In this document: piece by piece, positions 38,723 to 51,892 of the stretch | Layout: the number at the start of each line of letters is the position of its first letter | Position numbering within the stretch: position 1 is the first letter of the stretch | Origin: Octopus sinensis | Taxonomy: Eukaryota | Length of the DNA: 64,000 nt | Direction: 5' to 3' | Assembly: GCF_006345805.1 (NCBI RefSeq) | Contig: NC_042999.1 | Span: 61,256,001-61,320,000 of the forward strand | The notes under the pieces: generated by a model | The model's input: the letters and a program-made list of their open reading frames with translations, nothing else | Told to the model about the DNA's origin: nothing | The model's database searches: none | Position numbers and translations under genes: made by a program

Positions 38723-39867
38723 TTTGGCGAACCGCTATTTCAATTTATCGATATCGTTTGTCGAACCGCTAAGTCATTTTATCGAAGTCGATTCGCGAAC
38801 AGCTATGCCATTTTTTCGATCTCGTTTGTCGAACTACTAAGTCTCGCTGTTGAACCGCTACGTCATTATATCGATCACGTTTCGCGATAAGCTACGTCAT
38901 TTTATCGATCTTGTTTAGCGAAACGTTAGGTTGTTTTAGCGAAATTTTTTACTGAACCGCTACGTCATTCTATCGATCTTGTTTAGCGAACCGCTACGTC
39001 ATTTTATCGATTTTGTTTAGCGAAACGCTAATTCATTTTATCGATCTCGTTTGCCGAACCGCTACGTCATTTTATCGACTACGTTTGCTGAAACGCTAAG
39101 TCATTTTATTGAACTCCATTAACGAAACGCTACGTCATTTTATCGATCACATTGGCTGAAACGCTACGTCATTTTATCGAACTATTTTAGCGAATCGCGA
39201 AGTCATTTTATCGAACTCGTTTGTCGGACCGCTACGTCATTTTATCGATCCCGATTGGCGAACCGCTAAGTCATTTTATCGATCCGTTTGGCGAACTGCT
39301 ATGCCACTTTATCGATCTCGTTTGGCGAACCGCTAAGTCATTCTTCGAACCCGTTTGGCGAACCGCTACATCAATTTATCGATCTTCTTTGGCGAACCGC
39401 TAGTTCATTTTATCGATCTCGTTTATCGAACCGCTAATGCATTTTGGCGAACCGCTACGTCATTTTATCGACCTGGTTTGGCGAACCGCTAGGTCATTTC
39501 ATCGATCTCGTTTAGCGAACCGCTACGTCATTTTATCGTTCACATTTGTCGAACCGCTATTTCATTTTATCGATCTCGTTTGGCGAAGAGCTACGTCATT
39601 TTATCGATCTCGTTGGCGAACCGCTATGTCATTCTTCGGACCCGTTTGGCGAACCGCCACGTCATTTTATCGAAAAAGTTTGGCGAACCGCTACGTCATT
39701 TAATCGATCTACTTTGGCGAACCGCTATGTCATTTTATCGATCTCGTTTATAGAACCGCTAGTGCATTTTATAGATCTCGTTTGGCGAACCGCTAAGTCA
39801 TTTTATTGATCTCGTTTAGCGAACCACTACGTCATTCTATCGAACTTGTTTCGCGAAGCGCTACGTC
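38723..39867 (+). repeat. 34-bp minisatellite, about 33 copies
   Basis: Unit TTTGGCGAACCGCTA(C/A)GTCATTTTATCGATCTCG; no spacers between units. Confidence 0.95.
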
Positions 39868-39891
39868 TAAAAGTGCACTGAATGTTTAATC

Positions 39892-40285
39892 ATCTGAATA
39901 TATAAAACTGAAATTGTCTGTGTGGCAGATTTGGTAGGCTTCAACTAACACTAACTCCTCCGAGACCCTGCTGCGCAAGTTGATCAAAATTGAGAGTATG
40001 ATAGAAGAAGGCTTGCTCTTAATTCCATAGGAGTTAAAATTCAAATCGGACCATGTTAAAGCCAAAAACTATTTACATCAAAAGGGGCTTTTTTCTATGA
40101 AAATTCCTAGTTTTTACGATTTTTTGACTGCTGTGTCGCCATTTTACGGTGTATTTCAACCAGGAAAATGTTCACTTAAAGAGAATAATAAGCTACATAA
40201 TGCAAAAGTTTTACTTTTCAAAAATTCTAATTGTAAAGGGTCGAAAAGACAACAAACCCGAGCAACGCCGGACAATACTGCTAGT
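39892..40285 (-). mobile_element. HINE-like element, second subfamily
   Basis: Reverse ACTAGCAGTATTGTCCGGCGTTGCTCGGG at 40285 and CAGACA..TTTTATATATTCAGAT at 39892. Confidence 0.7.
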
Positions 40286-40913
40286 ATTCGATAAATTTTT
40301 GCCCCATGAAAATAAACACTACTAAAATAAATATTTAATGAAGTGAAAATAAGACCATCACCAGAGAGAGAGAGAGAGTGAGGGCTGACATGGATTCGTG
40401 TTTTAGGCAGCTGAGTTCATGTGTATAATATGATTATTCAACTTGTGTATAGTCTATTGGATGTAGAAAATAATGCTTTTCCTATTACCACTACTCATAA
40501 CAGCCCTTCAATATTGCCTTCATTACCATACGCTTTCAACATTTCAAGCGAACGAGAGAGCTTAAACGTGGTACCGGACTTGGCAGAAACATCAGTCATA
40601 TTTCTACTAATTACTATGATTGAATTTTTCTAAATATTGTGGGAATTTTCTTGACAGAGAAGTTTTGAGTAGGCATAACAAAAACAACATATCTTTTTAC
40701 GCTTGTTATCGTCTCCTTTATTTTCTCGTTGTTGCCTACTTCTTTCATAGAATATAGAATCCATAGCTGTTTGTATGCTCTTAACGTAAAATGACATATG
40801 TCAGGTTTAATAGAATGCTGGAAAACAAATCCTTAAACCCGATAAACATATCTACTTTATACAGATTATTTTGATCAACGTGTTTCTGACTGATGTTTAA
40901 ATATCTAAACATA

Positions 40914-41130
40914 CGAAGGGGTGCTGAAAACATCCTGGTTTTAAGGGTTTCATGAAAAGCCTCCTTGGAGGCTCAACCTTCCGAGTTCTTTTACAAATCT
41001 TAAAAAATCTGAAGGACTACTGCAGTAAATGTATGCATCTGAGAGTGGAATATGTTGAATAGAATCAGAATAAACTGATCTTCCTGTATATTCTTTTACC
41101 CAAAGCCAGGAACGTTTCGGAACCCCCTCG
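40914..41130 (+). mobile_element. 217-bp mariner-derived MITE (irritans-type TIRs)
   Basis: TA-CGAAGGGGTGCTGAAAACATCCTGG and CCAGGAACGTTTCGGAACCCCCTCG-TA ends. Retains a transposase C-terminal remnant KCMHLRVEYVE*. Confidence 0.85.
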
Positions 41131-42891
41131 TATAGTATAGGTTTTTAATAACGGCTTGTGTTATGGATGTTTTTGAATAAAGTTTGAGGAATTTGTATAT
41201 TTATGTCGGTGTATTAATTCATTTCCTAAGAACAGATTTTAAATTTTGTTTCCCTAGACACGCGCTCAATCTAACCATCAAATACGGCAATCGTGACTCT
41301 TATATCTTTTAATGTTTTAAAAGTTGAACAGGGGCCATGGTGGGGCCACACCTTGAAGAGTTAAGCCGACCAAGTCCCGTAAGTACTTATTTCTTAAATC
41401 TGTTACTTATTATAATTGGCCTATTCAGTCGAAACTCTATGTCATGATACAAAAAAAGCAGCCCTAGTTGTGAAACGATGATAGGGAACATACATGCATA
41501 CATACATGCATACACACACACACACACACGCACACACACATATATATACATATATATACATACATACAAACATATATATACATACATGCATGTAGATGGA
41601 ATTTCACAGTTTTCTATCTATCATATTCACTTAGAAAATATTTGTCGACCTTAAGCCATGCAGGGAGACACTTACCCAGTGTTCTCGGCTATAGAAGCTG
41701 AGTATCCCCAATTCTTTACAATCTTTCATAGGCTTCAAACATACTTCTATTAAATTAGTCTTGGTTGCAATTGTTGCGGTGAAATATTACATCCATCACA
41801 TTCGTGCAGAATTAATAGATTTTTTTTCATTTGGTTTGCTTCCCAGCTTCCTCAGTAAATGGTTCAGGTTCTTAAAAGTATTGTTAATACAATAAACCAC
41901 CATGTTTTCCTTCCCTTTAAATGTAACATATAGTATTAAAAAAAAACATGTAATCAATTTGGCTGTTAGAAATATCAATAAACAAGATAGTATTTACACA
42001 AATCTTACCTAAATGAAAAAAGTTTGTAAATACTAAGCCGTGATTCTTAAACATGTTGCTACTTCAAGACAAATCATGTGATTTCCCCCAAATAACTATT
42101 CTCCGTGAAATGTGGTAATACTTTTGTAATAAAAAGCTTTCAGTATTTTAGAGTAATATATGATTACCGCTTTAGCTATTTCCATTTTCATTCTGAAAAT
42201 ATTTATTTATCGTAACGGTATTTCAATTATGGTTATATGTAAATGCATTATATTTACATAGTGTAGAAATAATCGATAGGAGTTATATAGCTACAAATGA
42301 AGGTTTCAGAAAAAAGTAGTTTTAATTCTGATGCTAGTTATATTTCGGCAACTATGAGACAAATAAACATAATGTAAAATATTATCCAGTTAATGTAAAA
42401 CAAATGAGAGAAAAGCCAGACAAGAAATCGAATTACAGTAAAACCATAAGAATTTTAAAGAAATTCTTATTGCTAGGAGCCTTATTAAAACTATTCCGAT
42501 TTCGAGACATGTGGTAGCTGAATGGTGTTAGAAATATATGCATTAGCTGAGGAGTTTAGATAATGAACTTAAGCAAATCTATTTTCTTGTTTATCTGGAC
42601 AGAACATTAAGATTCGACGAATTTATTTATATGCTTCTTGTTATTTCAAAATAATATCCTACGGCTACAAATTTTGGAGACTACTTCAATTTATATAAAG
42701 TAAGGTGTTTAAGACACAACCACAACCTATCTTCGAGTCCGATATCCTTACTTGGAACATTGGGAGAATGTCTGATGTTTTTGCTTTAGGTTGAACAATA
42801 CCTTGTGAGAGGAAATTGACTGAAAGAATTGGTGCGAGTGTCCAGTATATATCTTTTAAATATTTTGTTTCCAATTTTTAACGCAAAAAAC

Positions 42892-42926
<35 letters not shown>

Positions 42927-42978
42927 CGATGCATATATGCACACACATACATACTACACACACATACACAAACACACG

Positions 42979-43098
<120 letters not shown>

Positions 43099-43109
43099 TT
43101 TAAATGTGC

Positions 43110-43360
43110 GGAGGCGCGTGGCTTAGTGGTTAGGATGTCAGCATCATGATCGTAAGATTGTGGTTTCAAATACATCCTGGACCGGGCGACGCGTTATGTT
43201 CTTGAGCAAAACACTCCATCTCACGTTGCTCCAGTCCACTCATCTGGCAAAAATTAGTAACGCTGAGATGGACTGGCGTCCCGTCTAGCTGGGGAAAACA
43301 TACGCCATTGAAACCGGGAAACCGGGCCCATGAGACTGGCTAGGCTTTAAAACGGTGCAT
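43110..43360 (+). mobile_element. SINE with D/E-type CORE-like body and C-type tail
   Basis: A box TGGCTTAGTGG, TGTTCTTGAGCAAAACAC, and tail GGACTGGCGTCCCGTC...GAAACCGGGAAACCGG. Confidence 0.8.
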
Positions 43361-43782
43361 TTATTTATTTTATATTTATATGTACATATGTGTGTGTATA
43401 TACATGTATATATACATGTGAGTGTATGCTTGTGTGTTAACTTTCTTCTGTTGTAGTTAACGTGACAGGAGGGAATGAAAGCTGCTTGATCAGTAGAGGC
43501 ACAGCGCTGCTGCAATCCCACGGTTCGGTCTTTGAAAGAGCACTACGGGTGCATGCTGTTCGATTCCAATTAGATATGCGCTGATATTTGGCACCAAAGG
43601 TCTCCAGTGTTCGGAACGAGTTGTGGGCCTGGATAAAGGTCGATAACACTCACTGAAATAAAGGAAGTTATGACAAAGAGCATGAGGGTTAAATCGCCTG
43701 TTTTACATGGTCTGGGGTTCTATATCAATCATCGGCGAATCTCCACCTCATACAAATCGTCATAAAGTTGCCGAGTAATGAA

Positions 43783-44408
43783 GGCGGCGAGCTGGCAGAA
43801 ACCTTAGCACGCCGGGCGAAATGCGTAGCCGTATTTCGTCTGCCGTTACGTCAAGAGTTCAAATTCCGCCGAGGTCGACTTTGCTTTTCATCCTTCCGGG
43901 GTAGATAAATTAAGTACCAGTTACACACTGCCGTCGATATAATCGACTAAATCCGTTTGTCTGTCCTTGTTCGTCCTCACTGTACTCAGCCCCTTGTGGA
44001 TAGTAAAGAAATAGGTATTTCGTCTGCCGCTACGTTCTGAGTTCAGATTCCGCCGAGGTCGGCTTTTCCTTTCATCCTTTCGGGGTCGATAAATTAAGTA
44101 CCACTTACGCACTGGGGTCGATGTAATCGACTTAGTCCCTTTGTCTGTCCTTGTTTGTCCCCTCTGTTTAGCCCCTTGTGGGTAGTAAAGAAATATGTAT
44201 TTCGTCTGCCGCTACGTTCTGAGTTCAAATTCCGCCGAGGTCGACTTTGTCTTTCATCCTTTAGGGGTCGATTAATTAAGTACCCGTTACGCACTAGGGT
44301 CGATATAATCGACTTAATCCGTTTGTCTGTCCTTGTTTGTCCTCTCTGTGTTTATCACCGTGTGGGTAGTAAAGAAATACGTATTTCGTCTTCCGTTACG
44401 TTCTGAGT
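43783..44408 (+). mobile_element. SINE family A head-to-tail trimer plus the start of a 4th unit
   Basis: Junctions at 44013/14, 44195/96 and 44379/80. Confidence 0.92.
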
Positions 44409-44880
44409 AACTACCCGTCTGATATGGGTACACTAGGCACATGCATCACAACCATATGTGCGCTACATGGTAATCTCATATCAAGATAAACATCGCAAGA
44501 CCTTGCAGATGGGGTCCAGTTAGAATTTTATTCTGGTCGAGTAGCCCATCCCGCTCAAAAGGTCCCTGAATAAGGATTGTTTAAGGATGTTGAACGAAAC
44601 ACCCATGTTTCCAAAGTGAATTACCCAAACCTCTAAGAATTCGTTTCAACACATGGATACGATGCTCCCTCACTACTTCTGCTCGTGGTCAGAGATTCAC
44701 ATATTGTCAGCCACTAAGGGACATGGTCAATTAGTTAAGGGTAAACAACTGACAAGCAAATCTGTGGTATTGAGCAGAATATTTGCTGTAGCCTATCTTT
44801 TATACCAAGACAAAACAATGTACATACTAACACTTCCAATCAATTAAGATCAGAAGCCATGAGAGCCACTGCCTGGTACT
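44409..44880 (-). mobile_element. Unclassified non-coding repeat family F, abutting (ATT)n
   Basis: Clearly homologous in reverse orientation to 58466-58972. Confidence 0.85.
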
Positions 44881-45237
44881 TATTATCATTGTTGTTATTA
44901 TCATTATTATTATTATTATTATTATTATTAATATTATTATTATTTCTTTTATTATTATTATCATCATTATTACTAATAAGGAAGTCAGCTGAAAGAACGG
45001 TTAGAACGGTTAGCAAAATGTTACGAGCTGAAATTCCGTAAAGGTCATCTTTGCCTTATGGACGTTGCCTTTCGTCTTTTAAGGGTTAATAATATAACAT
45101 CAGTTACGCACTGGAGACTATGTAATCTGTTTCCCCTGCCCCGGACTTGAAACCGTTATTATTATCATCATCATCATCAATACTATTATTATTAGTAGTA
45201 GTAGTAGTTGCAGCAGCAGCAGTAGTAGTAGCAGTAC

Positions 45238-45269
<32 letters not shown>

Positions 45270-46696
45270 TGCATTGAAATATATTTTGTTAGTCGACTGT
45301 CTGATATATATATATATATGAATTCAATGGATAGTTTTAGATAGAATATGATCATAAAGAGGGAGGCATTCTATAAAGTATTTATCTGTCGTCTTTCAAA
45401 GAAAAATAGGTTTCTCTAAGCAAAATTTTCTATTCACTTGCTGACAACTATTTCAAACATATAATCTAAGACAGTATGTCCCATAAACAATACTATAACA
45501 AAGATTTAAAAAATATAAAACATACGAGCACGATTATACACACATCTCTGCTTCAAAATATTCGGTAGAAGACCTTAAATTAACAAGGAAAATAGATCGT
45601 CCGCCATGATGCCCAAACGGCGTTCGAGGTATGGAATCAGAGGAATTTTTTTTAATTGCCTTCACAAGTACTTTTAAACGAGAAACTATTTAAAGCCCTT
45701 ATCTCTGAGATTTCTATAAAAATATACTAGTTATGTCTGTCATTGTGTATCTAATGGGAATCATATTTCTTCAAGCTTTATTGACTACTTTGAACTCCTA
45801 ACAGAATTCTCTCTTTTGTTCATACGTTGCATTTATTTCTATTTCTTCCCCTCAATAATATCCTTGATATATTTCTAATCGATTTATAGAGGTAACGTTC
45901 TTGTTGCAAGACCCATACTTCACTGCATTCAAAATAAATATAATCTTTTTCTTGTCATTGTTTGTGTGATGTATCGTAAATGTGTCATTATTTTTCTTGT
46001 TTTCTGTCTAGACATGATAATTTACTTAGGTTCCAGTTGATAATACGCTAATTATAATTTATTACTGAAATACCTAAGGTATTACTGCCTTTCACCTTTT
46101 TATTATCTCTTTTAAGTATTAAATTAATGGATTACGCTGTACCTTCTTTATTATTTCTCTTTAATTTTTGTATATCGAATGTGTCTAGCTTGTTAATTCT
46201 TAATTATTAGTAAATCGGCGCTTGGTTTACTTCTCGTAACACTTAGTTTTATTTATCATAAAATTAGCTGTTTTTATTAATTTTCCTGTCACCAAAAACT
46301 CTTTGCACACTTTCTAAGCCTAATTTCATATCAATGTCTCCAGTAAAAATCGTTTGTGTCTATATCAGTATTTCCAGTTGTTTATCCCCTACTACATACA
46401 AGTTGAGACTCTCGGTATACTGTAGTTGTTCGGTGCCCCAAACCCTTAATATTTCCCAGGGAAAAAAGTAGTAGATTTCGGGTGCTCGTTTTTGAAGTGA
46501 CAGAATTATTATTATTTTTATTACTTTCCAGGAGACATTGTAATTGCATGTTCCTTGTGTTAATGATATCATCTTTAATAATCTTAAGCACGTGCAAAAC
46601 ATTTCTTTCCTACTGAATTATCTATCTTGCGAAACTTTCATTACATGACTACCTGTACGATGTTGTAGGCTTTACGTTTTGCTTATGTATTTTTTT

Positions 46697-47091
46697 TTCT
46701 TTTACTTGTTTCAGTCATTTGACTGTGGCCATGCTGGAGCACCGCCTTTAGTCGAGCAAATCGAACCCAGGACTTATTCTTTGTAAGCCTAGTACTTATT
46801 CTATCGGTCTCTTTTACTGATCCGCTAAGTTACGCGGGCGTGAACACACCAGCATAGGTTGTCAAGCGATGTTGGGGAGGGGGGCAAACACAGACACATA
46901 AACACACACATATATATACATATATATACGACAGGCTTCTTTCAGTTTCCGTCTACCAAATCCACTCACAAGGCTTTGGTCGGCCCGAGGCTATAGTAGA
47001 AGACACTTGCCCAAGGTGCCATGCAGTGGGACTGAACCTGGAACCATGTGGTTCGTAAGCAAGCTACTTACCACACAGCCACTCCTACGCC
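46697..47091 (-). mobile_element. SINE family B, full length
   Basis: Well-conserved reverse copy. Confidence 0.92.
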
Positions 47092-47850
47092 TTATATTTG
47101 GCCTTATATTTGTCTAAATATATTTCAATAATTTACACAGAATAAGTTTTGTTGTACCAACATTTGATACTTTTTTTCCTCCAATTTTTTATTTTTATAT
47201 TTGGATATTATCTCCAATTCGTTTCAAGATATCTTATTGTCTATCTGGTTCCCGATTCTATTGAATCACATTTTTGCTGGATATCCCCAATAGCAACATC
47301 CCACAAATATCCTTGATCACGTTCTGTTGTATCCATAATATATTTTCTACCATCGCTTTTACTGCTTGCTGCGTATTTTTCCGGTGTATATTTATTAAAT
47401 CTATTTTCTATTAGGATTTCTACTGTTATGCATGAAAATGTTAATAGTGTCTTAATCGTAGATATATCATCACTGGTCCAAGACTGGACATTATGGTCGG
47501 TTGCTCCTTATCGCATTCAAAATACCTATTATTTTTATATGATTCTTTACTCTACTTTAAACCTGTGTATCCTGACAATCCGTCCAGTGTTTTATTGATA
47601 TCATTAAGTCCATACCAAATGATAAGGTATAAAAGAACGAAATAAGTTCAAAATTGTCGCCTCCTTACTACACATACAACTCACTCCTACGATGTTCCCT
47701 CATTCACTTATTATTCAGTTTGTATATCTGAGATTTCCCTCTTGGTATTCGATAAAAATATCATAAAAGGCAAATACTTATCTATATTTTGTTATGGCTA
47801 TAATTTTAACAGATTAAATGTTCTTTTGGCTTACAACCTTAAAAGATATT

Positions 47851-48083
47851 TATTTCTTTATTGCCCACAGGGGGCTAAACATAGAAGGGACAAACGAGGA
47901 CGGACAAACGGATTAAGTCGATTACATCGACCCCAGTGCGTAACTGGTACTTATTTAATCGACCCTGTATAGGATGAAAGGCAAAGTCGACCTCGGCGGA
48001 ATTTGAACTCAGAACGTATCGGCAGACGAAATACTGCTAAGCATTTCGCCCGGCTTGCTAACGTTTCTGCCAGCTCGTCGCCT
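47851..48083 (-). mobile_element. SINE family A
   Basis: TSD CTTACAACCTTAAAA at 47830-47844 and 48090-48104. Confidence 0.92.
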
Positions 48084-48872
48084 GACAACCTTACAACCTT
48101 AAAAATATTAAACTCGACATAAGTATCCGTTTTACCACCGTCGGTTTTGTATTAGTTATTCATCGTTACTTATATTTCATAAAATATTTTAGGTGTACGA
48201 CGTCCCTGTATCCTTGCATCTCTGCTGAATAGAATATATATGGCAAATTTTAGGTGATCTACTCCAAAATAAGATGTTATATTCTTTGGATTTCTATCTA
48301 GTCTTACTAATTGATTCAGAGTTCAGTTGTAATGTATAAATTATCATACTACATATTAGCTATAATTTTTTAGTCATGATTTATTTATTATATTTAATAT
48401 TTAATTATCAATTCCATACGTTAAGACTATTCCAACGTAAATTTTCGCTTCATATCTGTATTTTGTATTCTCTTAATTCCATTAATTCTTAAGTTTTCCC
48501 AAGTCTGTATATATATTCGAATGTTGTTTGTTTATCTAAATGGTTATTAATTGTTTTTCATAGTTTTCTTCACTCATTTAGGCTGCATTTGCGCAATTCC
48601 TTGCAAACCATATGACTCATTAATTCTTCTGCTAAAAATGATTAGTGTCTCTAACAGTATTTCTGGTATTCCCAGCTGCTTCATAATCTACAGTATACAA
48701 CCTAAGGCAGTCCTTATTACCAGAACAATGATCGATTGTCTTCCTCTAGCTTTTGTATCTGGATCTAGATTGGTACAGCATGTTAACTAAAGAAATAACT
48801 AAATATGAAAAAGTAGCTAATTACGAGAGTTCAATATTCAGAGACTGTGAGTGAGGAAGAGATAGTCAGACA

Positions 48873-49345
48873 AAGACAGAGAGTGAGTGAGTGAATGAGT
48901 GAGTGCGTGAATGAGTGAGTGAGTGAGTGATTGAGTGAATGAGTGAGTGATTGAGTGAATGAGTTACTGAGTGAGTGAATGAATGAGTGATTAGGTGAGT
49001 GAGTGAATGAGTGATTGAGTGAATGAGTGAGTGAGTGATTGAGTGAATGAGTGAGTGAGTGAGTGAGTGAGTGAATGAGTGAGTAGGTGAGTGAGTGAGT
49101 GACTGAGTGATTGAGTGAATGGTGGTAGTAGTAGTAGTAGTAATAGTAGTAGTAGGAGGAGGAGTAATGGTAGTAGTACGAGTAGTAGTAGTAGAAGTAG
49201 TAGTAGTAGTAGGAGGAGGAGGAGGAGGTGGAGTAATAGTAGTAGTAGGAGGAGGAGGAGGAGGAGTAATAGTAGTAGTAGGAGGAGGAGGAGGAGGAGG
49301 TGGAGGAGGAGGGGCAGCAGCAGCAGTAGTAGTATTGTTGTTGCT
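48873..49345. repeat. Compound (GAGT/GAAT)n then (GTA)/(GGA)n tract
   Basis: Direct reading; source of the poly-Pro/Thr/Leu pseudo-ORFs. Confidence 0.95.
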
Positions 49346-49651
49346 GTTGCTGTTGTTGCCCTTATTGTTATCACTAGTAAAACTACTACGGCTACTTTTA
49401 CTAATATCACTACTTCTGATACTATTACACTTGTTATGCTGACATTTTTCTCCACACCGTTGTTGAACAAAGAAAATGTTTATAAACACGTTTATTTACA
49501 GACTGTTTACACAGAATAAATTCAATCTCTCAGCAAAATGCATTTTGGAAGAAAGAAAGAATTGTTTTCTGACAGAAAATAATTGTGAACATGTTTAACG
49601 ATCGAAAACTGATAAAAAAACAGTTACAGAGGCAATAACTCACGAATGCAT

Positions 49652-49734
<83 letters not shown>

Positions 49735-49816
49735 GGTAAATGTCTTCTACTACAGTCTCGGTTCGATCAAAGCCTTGTGAAAGGTAAACGAAAGCTGAGA
49801 GGAAACCATCGCATAT

Positions 49817-49895
<79 letters not shown>

Positions 49896-50735
49896 TGGTG
49901 GTAATCCCAAAAATAAGGTCTCCAAAATTATTTAGAAATCACAGGAGCTTTTTGCCAATGATGTATTTTCTACATAATCGCCAATCGGTCGATGCATTTT
50001 TGTAGGCGCTGGGGCTGTTTTTGTATGGCCATGTCATACCAGCTTATCGCCATGTCGTTGAGTAAGCGTTAAACCTCATCGTTCACGTCGTTATCGCTTC
50101 TGAAGCGTATTCCGGCCAAATGTTCTTTGAACTTAGAGAACAGGTGGTTGTCACCGGGTGCCAAGTCCGGACTATGAGGTGGGTTGCCGTTTATGGTCTT
50201 CTGTGAGCATTCGTGGGACCCATCTTGCGCAAACATTCCGATATTGCAACTTTTCCCTCAAAACGCTGTGAAATCTCAGGAACAAAAATACGGAGATCAT
50301 ACAGAGTGACCCTCTGATTTTTACCCAGGATTTGTTCAACCTTCGTGACTGTCCCGTCGAAAATTGACGGTCGCCCGGTTCTTTCTTTGTCATGAATTTT
50401 AGTACGACAAGCTGCAAACTCCCTACACCACTTGCGGACGTTTTTGACATCGAGGTATGGCTCGTCATACACTTCCGTTAACTGGCGATGAATTTCAATC
50501 GGTTTAATGCCTTTTGCGTTCAAAGACCGAATGACTGTTCGAAATTCACACTTGACGATAGCATCAATCGGGAGCTTCATCAAATACGACTGCCAAGCCA
50601 AGCATGAGCGTTGCTGCGAGATGCACGCAGAGGCAGGTGCATGCACAACAGATACAACAGTGTTGCCAATAGCCGCATGCTCAGTTTCCCTGCGTTGCCA
50701 GTGCTTTGGAGACCTTACTTTTGGGATCACCCTCG
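49896..50735 (-). mobile_element. 840-bp internally deleted mariner (irritans-like)
   Basis: TIRs CGAGGGTGATCCCAAAAGTAAGGTCTCC (left copy degenerate) with TA flanks. VCARWVPRML..KRQ is joined directly to PPHSPDLAP. Confidence 0.92.
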
Positions 50736-50742
50736 TATATAG

Positions 50743-50845
<103 letters not shown>

Positions 50846-50866
50846 GGGGAGAGAGAGGGAGAAAGG

Positions 50867-50922
<56 letters not shown>

Positions 50923-50947
50923 TACATATGTGTTTGAGTGTATGTGC

Positions 50948-50985
<38 letters not shown>

Positions 50986-51489
50986 AAGACTTAATGTTTG
51001 TTTCTCCTCAGCAACGCTAGAAACCGATGTTGGGTTTCTTACGTCCCTGTAACTTAGCAGTTCAGAAAAAGCAATGGACAGAAAAAATACCAAGCTTATA
51101 AAATTACTAGAATCGATTCAGTCAATTAGAAAATTCTTCGAAACGGTAGCAAAGCATTATTGCAATCTAATTACTTAAACAAATGAAAGAATAAAAACAC
51201 ATATATAACGATATATTCCATACAATTTCCGTCAACCAAATTCGCTTCTCTCATAAGGCATTGGTCGGTCCAGGCTACATTAAAACAAAAAACTTGCTTA
51301 AGGTGACGCGCAGTGGAACTGAATATGAAATCACATGGTTTCAGAAACAGCTATAGGCAACTTCCAAAAAATCTTTGAGCATAAAATTCTAAAGATGATA
51401 TTTGTGAAGTCAGAATGAACTCTATAGATACTGCTGTGTTGAATCTCTCCGAGATGCATCAAGTGTTTCCTCTTTTACTCATTACTATT

Positions 51490-51689
51490 TTAATTGTTTC
51501 CGTCATTTGACTGCGGCCATGCTGGAGTACCGCCTTTTAAGTCGAACAAATCGACCCCAGAGCTTATTCTTTGCAAGCCTAGTACTTATTTTATCTGTCT
51601 TTTTTGCCGAACCACTAAATTACGGGGACCTAAATACACCAGCATCGGTTGTCAAGCGATGCTGGGGGGACAAACAGACACACAAACAT

Positions 51690-51722
<33 letters not shown>

Positions 51723-51892
51723 CGACGGGCTCCTTCCAGTTTCCATCTACCAAATCCACTCACAAGGCTTTGGTCGGCCCGAGGCTATAGGAGAAGGCAC
51801 TTGCCCAAGGTGCCACGCAGTGGGACTGAAGCCGAGACCATGTGGTTGGTAAGCAAGCTACTTACCGCAGAATCACTTCTGCACCTGTGCCT
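51490..51892 (-). mobile_element. SINE family B
   Basis: Full reverse copy. Confidence 0.9.

Noticed and set aside
38723-39867. CRISPR-like appearance of the 34-bp repeats
   Set aside because: Units are contiguous with no unique spacers, there are no cas genes, and the context is eukaryotic.
43441-43760. GC-richer unique segment with splice-acceptor-like sites on both strands
   Set aside because: All frames close within about 70 codons, no protein family is recognised, and there is no convincing donor.
45850-48800. Faint APE/L1-like peptide echoes (NYNVS..LSLQ, LGIPE) on the minus strand
   Set aside because: The motifs are too degenerate and their order is inconsistent with a single ORF2.
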